From the human T2T-CHM13v2.0 reference genome, Homo sapiens: a stretch of DNA of 64,000 nucleotides. Position numbers and translations under genes: made by a program. The DNA is taken from NCBI RefSeq assembly GCF_009914755.1, contig NC_060934.1, one strand, 5' to 3'. Of the stretch, positions 46,072 to 64,000 are shown piece by piece (position 1 is the first letter of the stretch; each line of letters begins with the position of its first letter). Under the pieces are notes generated by a model, which did no database searches, had not been told where the DNA came from, and was given only the letters and a program-made list of their open reading frames with translations.

Positions 46072-46280
46072 CAGGGGATTAGCAAACTTTTCCTTGCCAG
46101 ACAGTAAATATTTTAGGTTTGTGAGCCATATGGTCACTGCCCCAACTACTCAACTGCCTAGGTAGCACAAAAGCAACCATGGAGGACACGTACATAAATG
46201 ACTCAGCATGGCTGTGGTCAATGAAACTTTATTTTCAAGGACAGGCAGCTAGGCTGTGGGCCATAGTTTGCTGACCCGTT
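46072..46280 (+). mobile_element. MER58A hAT-Charlie MITE
   Basis: CAGGGGATTAGCAAACT ... AGTTTGCTGACCC termini; internal GTAAATATTTTAGG...ACTACTCAACT. Confidence 0.8.
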
Positions 46281-46401
46281 TCAGGTAAATTGTTCCTTCT
46301 GTTCAGTTTTATCAAAGACTCTTTTTTTTTTCTTGTTTTAATTAAAAAGTTTTAGAGCAGGACAAAGACTCTTACTTTGATAGTACATATAGATTTTTTA
46401 A

Positions 46402-46542
<141 letters not shown>

Positions 46543-46708
46543 TAAATGTAGATTTTGTTGTTGTTAATAATTTTTTTGCCAGGAGGGTCAGTTCAGGGCC
46601 AGGAGGTGCCTGCCAGGCCCTGTCCCCTCTAACAGCTCCCCCACCTGCCATACAGATTTTTAAAGATTTTTTGTTTACTAAATCTAACTTGTTATTAGGT
46701 CCTTTTAA

Positions 46709-47113
<405 letters not shown>

Positions 47114-47214
47114 TAATCTGCCCGTCTCGGCCTCCTGAAGTGCTGGGATTACAGGCATGAGCCACTGTGCCCGGCCAGGTCCTTCTTTAAAAGCAAGAGG
47201 ACTTAGCATTCGTG

Positions 47215-47900
<686 letters not shown>

Positions 47901-48496
47901 TCATGATTGCATCAGATTTTAAGTGAGAGAGACAGAACTTTCACCCTGCCCTCTCTGGGTCCAAAAGCCCATATTTTCTATCCCATCACCTTTTCCCCCT
48001 CTACGTATGCTCCTTAAACTGGAGCGGTCACAGCTTCTGAGATATTTAGCAGGGCACCAGGGGTTCATGAAGCCACAGATAAATTTGATACATCTTGTTG
48101 CAGTCATTATTCTACCATAAGTTTTTTTCAGAGAAATCTATGTCTTAGGGAAACAAACACACTTGGTTTGCGAGTTTTACTAAAATTTTAAATATAAATG
48201 GGAGACTTCCAGAAAATTTCTTGCTTGCAGAGGTGACTTTGAATTTTACCCTTAGACTCCCTTTCCATGGCAGTCTCCAGAGTGGGATTTTTCAGAGGAA
48301 AACCTTAGAAGCGTCACTCTTTGCTACCACAGGGATCTTTTGAAACTTCACCTTGAGCTTTCTGTAGCTGATCTGATCCCCAAAAGCAGAGTTTAAAACA
48401 TTGCAGAGAGGCTGGGTGCAGTGGCTCACGCCTGTAATCCCAGCACTTTGGGAGGCCAAGGCAGGTGGGTCACCTGAGGTCAGGAGTTCAAGATCA

Positions 48497-48763
<267 letters not shown>

Positions 48764-48892
48764 TCACCTCTGTCCCTGATTAGCTGTAGACTCTACCCTC
48801 TTCATTTCCTTCTCAGGAAGAGGAGAAGGGGGCAGGCTGAGTCTTTAAGGTGTGGACCAGCAACAACTTGAGTTCTTGCCTTGATTCCCCAG

Positions 48893-48993
48893 GACTCTGC
48901 CTGCCCTGGTGTGGCACCGACAGGACTGGACCATCCTTCACTCTTACGTGCACCTCAACGCCGATGAGCTGGAAGCCCTGCAGATGTGCACAG
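48893..48993 (+). CDS. DENND10: DENND10 exon 6
   Basis: cag|GACTCTG...ACAG|gtagac; [33 protein letters not shown]; 101 nt. Confidence 0.95.
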
Positions 48994-49415
48994 GTAGACA
49001 AGAGGATCCCAGGGGAGGAACTGTTTCACTTTTTTTTTTTTTTTTTTCCTGAGACGGATTTTCACTCTTGTTGCCCAGGATGGAGTGCAATGGCACGATC
49101 TTAGCTCACCGCAACGTCCGCCTTCAATTCTCCTGCCTTAGCCTCCCAAGTAGCTGGGATTACAGGCATGTGCCACCACGCCTGGCTAATTTTATTCCAC
49201 TTTAAAGAGGGTTTTTTGTTTTTATTTTGTGCATTCCCAAGTGGGATACTGATCCTTTATTATTTCTTTGGCACATGCAATCAATTTTTTGCCCTTAAAT
49301 TTTTTTTTTTTTTTTTAGTTTAAAAAAAAATTGTGGCCGGGAGCGGTAGCTCACACCTGTAATTCCAGCACTTTGGGAGGCCAAGGTGGGCAGATCACCT
49401 GAGGTCGGGAGTTCA

Positions 49416-49616
<201 letters not shown>

Positions 49617-49701
49617 TCAAAAAAAAAAAAAAATTGTGGTAAAATGCATATAGGATTTACCTTTTTTTGGCCGGGCGCGGTGCCTCATGCCTATAATCCT
49701 A

Positions 49702-50016
<315 letters not shown>

Positions 50017-50156
50017 TCAGGCTGGTCTTGAACTCCCGAACTCAAGCGATCTGCCCATCTTGGCCTCCCACACCGTTGGGATTACAGGTGTCAGCCGCTA
50101 CGCACAGCTACATTTACCTTTTTAACCATTGGTAAACATACAGTTCAGTGGCATTA

Positions 50157-50333
<177 letters not shown>

Positions 50334-50386
50334 TTATAAAATAAAATTTAAAAAATGCAACCTATATTTAACTATTTAACCTGTAA

Positions 50387-50704
<318 letters not shown>

Positions 50705-50744
50705 TAAAGTTCTAGTCTTAAAAGTTTATCAGTGACTTTTTTTT

Positions 50745-51902
<1,158 letters not shown>

Positions 51903-52017
51903 TTTTTTGAGACAGAGTCTCCCTCTGTTGTCCAGGCCAGAGTGCAGTGGCATGCTCTCAGCTCACTGCAACCTCCACTTCCCTGGTTCAAGCAGTTCTC
52001 TTATCTCAGCCTCCTGA

Positions 52018-52639
<622 letters not shown>

Positions 52640-52863
52640 TAATGTTTTTTATTTCCCAGTGAAGTTATTAATTTATCTGGAATAATTTTTTGTGTAGTGT
52701 GTGAGTTTGGGATCTGACTGAACTTTTTTACCCTATGGATAACCACTTGGACCAGGACATTTATTGAATAATCTCTTTCTTTTTTCAGTAATGAGTAATA
52801 TTACTTGTCATCTGTCACATTTTCTCATTCATGGGTGGGCCTGGGTCTGGCTCTCAGTAGTAG

Positions 52864-53385
<522 letters not shown>

Positions 53386-53413
53386 TAAAACTCTAGGAAT
53401 GATAAATTGGTCC

Positions 53414-54419
<1,006 letters not shown>

Positions 54420-54939
54420 GTCTCTCCTCAAATAATTTTTTTTTTTGGTAATTGTATTGCTCTGTGAAATCAAAAAAATCTGGGAATCATTGTTCTAACA
54501 CCAATCCCAGAGATCTGCTAATTCCTGAGTTGCCCTGAACCCTTAAAGATGATGCCATTTCCACTCTGAGAACCCAGGCATTTGCCATTGATTTCCTGAA
54601 GGCAAAGACCTGAAGGGGGAACATCAGTCAAGAGAGTCCTTGCTACCTTCTGCCACAGCTGTCATTCTTGACCCCAAGAGCAATGATTGGAAAGTAAATG
54701 CCCTACTTCAGTCTTGTCCTTGACACTGATGGATAATTTTGGAATATCTGGCGTTGTGTGAATATCTTCAGGCAACTGATAGTAATGTAGTCTTACTAAC
54801 TGCCACAGGGTACAGCTAATGTTCCCGAATGAATAAAGCAGTGAAAGAGAGCAGTCGATGAGCTTTTAGACCCAATTCTTTTGATGGGTTCACCATATTT
54901 CTTCCTACTCCAGTAAGGTTGCTCATGTTTGTGACGCAG

Positions 54940-55047
54940 GTTACGTCGCTGGATTTGTAGACTTGGAGGTGAGCAACAGACCAGACCTCTATGATGTGTT
55001 TGTGAATCTGGCAGAGAGTGAGATTACCATTGCTCCCCTTGCAAAAG
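54940..55047 (+). CDS. DENND10: DENND10 exon 7
   Basis: cag|GTTACG...AAAG|gtttgt; (G)YVAGFVDLEVSNRPDLYDVFVNLAESEITIAPLAK; 108 nt. Confidence 0.95.
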
Positions 55048-55307
55048 GTTTGTTCTCTGTTCTGTTCTTGATACAAGATATAAGCCAAACAGTTGTACAT
55101 TTTTAGGCTGATTCTCTAAAACCAGTATGTGAGGGCTGGCTTACCAACTCTGCTGAAGATGGATATTTCCGTGTCTAGAACACAACATTTATTCCTATAA
55201 ACATAGACATATTAGCAGAACATCCCGGGTGCTTATGCAGCAGAGTGTATATTAAGAAGTTAAATAGTCTGTTCATCTTGTTTCACTACTTTTGTGTTTA
55301 AACAAGG

Positions 55308-56450
<1,143 letters not shown>

Positions 56451-56695
56451 CAGGGTTAAATGTGACTCCAGTATGGAAAATCTTTTTGAAGCATGTCTTA
56501 GTAAGCATAAGGGAATGAAGCTGTTCTTAGAGCTAATGATCAGGAAAGGGTGTACTAGTGTTAGAGTGGCATTCTTAGACATTCTAAATTGTTCCAAATT
56601 AGGCCGGCCATGGTGGCTCACGCCTGTAATCCCAGCACTTTGGGAGGCCAAGGCGGGTGGATCACGAGGTCAGGAGATCGGGACCAGCCTGGCTA

Positions 56696-56980
<285 letters not shown>

Positions 56981-57939
56981 TTAGATGGGATTACTGATTA
57001 ACAGCTTTGTTTTGTCACTTATCTTTCTCCTAAAAGTGGGGGCAGCTGAATGCTGACTCATTGGGAATTGTTAGATTCGATTATGTGAGGTTTTATTGAA
57101 AAATTCAAATTAATAGAACCATAACTGGCTTTCCTTTAATTCGTTTTAAAATTGCAAACATAATGCATGCTCATGATGAAAAATTCAAACTATGGGGTCA
57201 GATCTTTACGAAATAACTGCCTTTTGCAAAGCGAAAGTGAAAGAAAACTGGCTGTGGCTAGGGCCACTTAAGCAGCTGAAGCATTAGGACCAGAAAGGGT
57301 GGCCATCTTCCTGCTGCCCTGTGTTGCTCTGTGTCTATAAAAATGGGCTCATCCTAATCCGCACCAGTTGAATGGAGTCTGTCTCTTGAAGTGACAAACA
57401 AGTTTCTGTTAACCTCCTCAGTGCAGACAGTAGCAATGTATGTAACCAGGCTAACTTAGGTGGTTTCCTTTGCTCATTTCTAAGAATCTAAACGAATTGA
57501 GCGCCCAGCTGGCTTCTGCAGAACTGACAGGAAGCTCCTCTTTCACAATATTCCCGCCAAAAAGATACATTTCTTAACTGTAAAGAGCTGGACTAGAACG
57601 TCAGACTCTTGGCTTATAGTCATGACTTAGTTGTAGTCAGAATTGTTCATTATGCTTTGTCTGGGAAGAAAAATAAAAATTTTGGTCAGGTGGGTGTGAA
57701 GGGGAAATCTGGTTTGGTGTGATGTGTTTTTATGTTTGCCCAGAAGTATAAATCACGATTATATTATGCCTTTCCTCCCAGCATGTTGTCATATTTGTGT
57801 CTAGTGATAAAATGGACATGTGGGAGGTTATCAGCTGCTTTTTGAAAATTCCCTCAGTGTGGTCTTCCAAGTTTTCAGATAGATGGCATGATTATTTTTT
57901 ATGTCGATTTCTAAATATTCACCTTCTTGATCTCACCAG

Positions 57940-58034
57940 AGGCCATGGCAATGGGCAAACTGCACAAAGAAATGGGTCAGCTAATTGTTCAGTCTGCAGA
58001 AGATCCAGAGAAATCAGAGAGCCACGTTATACAG
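57940..58034 (+). CDS. DENND10: DENND10 exon 8
   Basis: cag|AGGCCATG...ATACAG|gtaact; (E)AMAMGKLHKEMGQLIVQSAEDPEKSESHVIQ; 95 nt. Confidence 0.95.
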
Positions 58035-58849
58035 GTAACTCCCTCACCTTCTGACTTACTGAAAGTCCTGACCCGGTGTCGCTGGGTGGTGTGCGGCAGA
58101 GCTGTGCACATAAGCAGAGTGGGGGGCTGTGGTAGAGGCCAGCGGGCAGGTGCTTAGAGAGGGTTTACAGACGGCCACAGTGATGATGGACAAGCAGGTG
58201 CAGGCTGGCCTGATCTAGTTAGTTACTGGGCTCGAGGGCAGGTATACACAGGGGCTGGTGCTGACACCGACCGCTGGCAATGAGAAATGTAACTACCAAG
58301 TGGTCTGGAAGGCTTTTCTGGGCCAGCCAGTGCATTCTTTCTTCCTAGGAGAATTTCCCTGGAGGAACAAATTATAAAGGGGAGGTTGTTGCTGAGCATG
58401 GGGAACTAGATTGTCAAAATTTTGCTTTGCTTGTCTCCAGGACAACAGAAATCATGCAGTCAGACTCCTGTCCCACTTAGTGACTGTTGCCACATGCCGC
58501 AGAGCCAGCTCCTTGCTGGTGTCTACCTGGCATGCTGACCAGCGTCCATGTGGCCCAGTGGGCACCTGCTCTGCCCTTGCCAAACTGGGATGGCAAATGG
58601 GTTTTATTTCTTGTGCTTTCCACGTGGTGGCCTGCAGCCCGCCCAGCTCCTTGCATTTGGCCTGTTCCCAGCTCCTTGCTCCTCTCCTGAAGGATACACT
58701 TCCAGCGTTGCCTTATCTAGATGCCTGACTCATAACCTGGGGCTGGAGGGCCCAGAAGGACTGTCTCCCATCTGCACCTGTCCTACCTGGGGGTACGGGG
58801 GCACCTCTGATATGCAGGCTTTACTCATTCGGCCCAACCTGGTGCCTTC

Positions 58850-59180
58850 TTCATTTATCCATTCATTTACTCAGTGTTTCTTGAGCTCTGTTTGTTAGGC
58901 ATTGCACTGGCAGTGGGGATGCAGTGGTGAGCAAATCCCTGCCCTCATGGAGTCTGTAATTTAGTGGAGTAGATGCACAGAAAATAATAAATGACAAGAT
59001 AATTACAGCCCATGTTAGGTGCTGTGACAGAAGGGGTTGAGGTGGAGAATATTGGGGGATGGGTAGGCCAGATCTCTAAGGAGGTGACATGTCAGCGGAA
59101 AGATGAGAGGGGCCATTTCTCTGCAGTGCTGGTGGCCTGGCCAGCTGTGAGCAGGAAGAGTGGGCTGATCTTGCCCTGAG
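58850..59180 (-). mobile_element. L2 3' fragment
   Basis: TTCATTTATCCATTCATTTACTCA...CCCTGCCCTCATGGAG. Confidence 0.6.
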
Positions 59181-59486
59181 GACCTGAACACTGGAGACTC
59201 TGGGGCCGCTTCTTTCCTACCATGGGAATCCTCACTGCCCACCTACCCCCAACATTAGAGTAAAGACATATTCTTACAATATCAGCAACATATGTGAATC
59301 TGAGTTTTGCATTACTGTGTTGTTCACAGACTAAAAGTGCTACCTAGATGACTTAGTATGACGTATGAGACCTTGGGGAGGGCAAGTGAAAGTGCTGGGA
59401 ATGCTGTAAGGGTTCAAAAATACATGAATGAATTAATGATGTCAGCAAACAAGGAAGAAGACGTGACTTTTTTTTCCCTTTTTTGA

Positions 59487-59624
<138 letters not shown>

Positions 59625-59775
59625 TGACTAATCTTGCATTTTTAGTAGAGATGGGGTTTCACCACGCTGACCAGGCTGATCTTGAACTCCTGACCTCAAG
59701 TGCTCCGCCTACCTCAGCCTCCCAGAGTGCTGGGGATTACAGGCATGAGCCACCACGCCTGGCCAGAAGACATGA

Positions 59776-61212
<1,437 letters not shown>

Positions 61213-61297
61213 AAAAAAAAAAAAAAAAAAAAACCAAAACCACACACTATGATTTTTCTAAGTTAATTTTGTTTCATTTTTCCTAATTTTTTCTTTA

Positions 61298-61438
<141 letters not shown>

Positions 61439-61488
61439 TTAAAAATTAGCTGGGTGTGGTGGCGCATGCCTGTAGTCCCAGCTACTCA

Positions 61489-61617
<129 letters not shown>

Positions 61618-61878
61618 TTATCTTTTTTGTTGTTCGTTTTTGAGACAGGGTTGCCCAGGCTGGGTGCAATCATGGCTCACTGCATTCTCTAACTCCTGAC
61701 TCAAGACATTCTCCTGCCACGGTCTCCCAAAGTGCTGGGATTACAGGCATGAGCCACCACGCCAAGCTCATTTTTCATAGTTTATAAACAGTCTGGAAAA
61801 AATAGGAAGAATTCTAGAGACTAAATATTCAAATTTCGGATACTAACATGTTGCATATATTTTCCTGTTCTATTAAAG

Positions 61879-62055
61879 GATATTGCTCTAAAAACAAGAG
61901 AAATCTTTACCAACCTAGCACCATTTTCAGAAGTTTCGGCTGATGGAGAAAAGAGAGTCCTTAATTTGGAGGCGCTAAAGCAAAAACGATTTCCACCAGC
62001 AACAGAAAACTTCCTTTATCATCTAGCAGCAGCCGAACAAATGCTGAAAATCTGA
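61879..62055 (+). CDS. DENND10: DENND10 exon 9 (terminal coding part)
   Basis: aag|GATATT...ATCTGA; DIALKTREIF...AAAEQMLKI*. The nine exons sum to 1074 nt = 357 aa plus stop. Confidence 0.95.
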   Translation, partial: DIALKTREIFTNLAPFSEVSADGEKRVLNLEALKQKRFPPATENFLYHLAAAEQMLKI

Positions 62056-63161
62056 CTGTGTGACAGAACGTATCACTGATGACTGATAGAAAGCCCTCTT
62101 TCACTCTGATTACCCACTCACTACATGAAGTCCTGAAAATAACAGAGAAACTGTTATATCTTTTTAATGATTTATTTGCAAGTATTGAGATTTGACCTGA
62201 AAAACAATGAAACACATGAACACACTTCCGATTTTCTCCTCGCTGATTAGCTTCCTGCCTGCTGTCAGTGCTGGACGAAGTGCTATAACTACTTTATGTA
62301 ACATTACAGAACAGCTAGAGGTCCTGGGGTAAGAGAAAAAAAGCACATCACAACAAATGTGAAAGCCTTCATTATTACACGTTCCAGTTTGTCTCGCTGT
62401 GTAGGCATAAGCTAATGGTTTATTTTCAGAAAGCTGCCTGAAACGTTGCTTTGTATTCTTCTAGGAAGAACTTTAATTCCTCCTGAGGAACTCTACTTTC
62501 TGAGCCAAACTGCTAATTTTCTGCGGAACTGTCTAGAAGATCATTCAAGAGACCCTGCAGTTGCACTTTCTCGTAAAAGTTAAAAAAAAAAAAAAAAAAA
62601 AAGGTTTTTCCCGGCCTTTGAACATTTTGCCTATGAGAGTTTTGCATATATTTTATACTTGAGTAGACAACTTTAATAATCCATATTTATACTATCGCAG
62701 AAGTAAGCATTTGGCAAACGTTCAGCCATTAGCACTCATTTAACCCTGTTAGCAATATTCTTTTGAAAAAAGTGCCAGTCCTTATGTGATAAACTAAGAA
62801 GCCCATTGAATATAAAAGTGTGTAGGACTGAAACAGTGACCTTATATTATTGCTAAGGGAATATGAGATTAACTTCCTACAGGGGCCAAAACCAGAGAAA
62901 GGCTTCCAGCAACTTCGATGAAAGTAGTTTGGCCACATGTCAAGCCAATTGTTTGTACTATTTATGTACCTTTTTCATAACTGGAATTGCCAAATAAGCA
63001 TGGAGATCTAAATGATGTACTTGTTAGTGTATTCATTCATATTGACTGTAAAGGATTATTTTTCACTCAGTACCGATGTCCTTGGAAATCTTACCTGGAA
63101 ACATGTTTGCAAAAAACATTATTGGGTCTTTCATCTTTTTCTTGGTATTACATATTTGTTC

Positions 63162-63167
63162 AATAAA
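63162..63167 (+). terminator. Polyadenylation signal (proximal)
   Basis: AATAAA followed by a T-rich / GT element at ~63184-63196. Confidence 0.65.
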
Positions 63168-63363
63168 AATTAAACACCCTCCCTTTTTTTTGAGTGAGGG
63201 CAGGGAGTACCTGAAATAAGACAATGTTTACTAAGGCAAATAATTGAAAATTAAATCTGCACTTTATGGAAATGAGAAATATTAACATCTTTTTTCTCAT
63301 TTTTTTGTATTACTATATTAGCTAATGATCAAAGTTGTTAAAATTATAAATTTATGATGCAGA

Positions 63364-63369
63364 AATAAA
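63364..63369 (+). terminator. Polyadenylation signal (distal)
   Basis: AATAAA followed by T/GT-rich downstream sequence. Confidence 0.55.
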
Positions 63370-63616
63370 ATTGATATATTTTGATATTCAACTACTTTTA
63401 GGTGGGTGACGAATTGTCCCCTCTTTCTCTAATACTGCTCATTCCAAAGAAAATGGGGAAAAAATACCTTTTTTCAACTGTGAGGGCGCTAGGGAATTAT
63501 TAAAAGACCTGTCTGAAAGTTCAAGATGGCCAAGGGCGCGGTGGCTCATGCCTGTAATGCCAGCACTTTGGGAGGCCGAGGTGGGCGGATCACCTGAGAT
63601 CAGGAGTTTGAGACTA

Positions 63617-63841
<225 letters not shown>

Positions 63842-64000
63842 TCAAGCCGCCCCCCACACACCCTTTCCTCCCGCCCTAGCCCTCCTCCACTCGCCTTCCT
63901 GGAGCTGCCTCTGTAACTTCAGTCTCCTGTCCTTGGAAGATGCCTTCACATTTCTGTCATCTGTTAGCGGTTAAACCTCCACCTGCAGCTGTTGCCCATC

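Larger units (their letters stand above)
62056..63390 (+). other. DENND10: DENND10 3' UTR
   Basis: Interspersed-repeat-free AU-rich sequence after the stop codon, ending near AATAAA signals. The end position is inferred. Confidence 0.7.

Overview
Alu-saturated human-type genomic DNA that I recognise as the EIF3A-DENND10 (FAM45A) locus. It holds exon 1 (MPAYFQRPENALKRAN), the CpG-island promoter and part of intron 1 of EIF3A on the minus strand. A ~23 kb repeat-rich intergenic region follows, containing a decayed RPL37 processed pseudogene, L2, MLT1, MER68 and MER58 relics. The complete 9-exon DENND10 gene (357 aa, reconstructed with consistent splice phases) and its 3' UTR lie on the plus strand. 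Nearly all ORF-track entries are Alu or CpG-island artefacts. I found no convincing new biological system. The most notable structures are: four Alus serially inserted at one target site, an Alu-associated deletion in the RPL37 retrocopy, a young AluYa5, a PTC-generating alternative acceptor at DENND10 exon 2, a 29-bp GC-box minisatellite with an in-frame upstream ATG at the DENND10 promoter, and a miR-17 site between two poly(A) signals. Gene and repeat names come from recalled sequences, not database searches; repeat boundaries are approximate.
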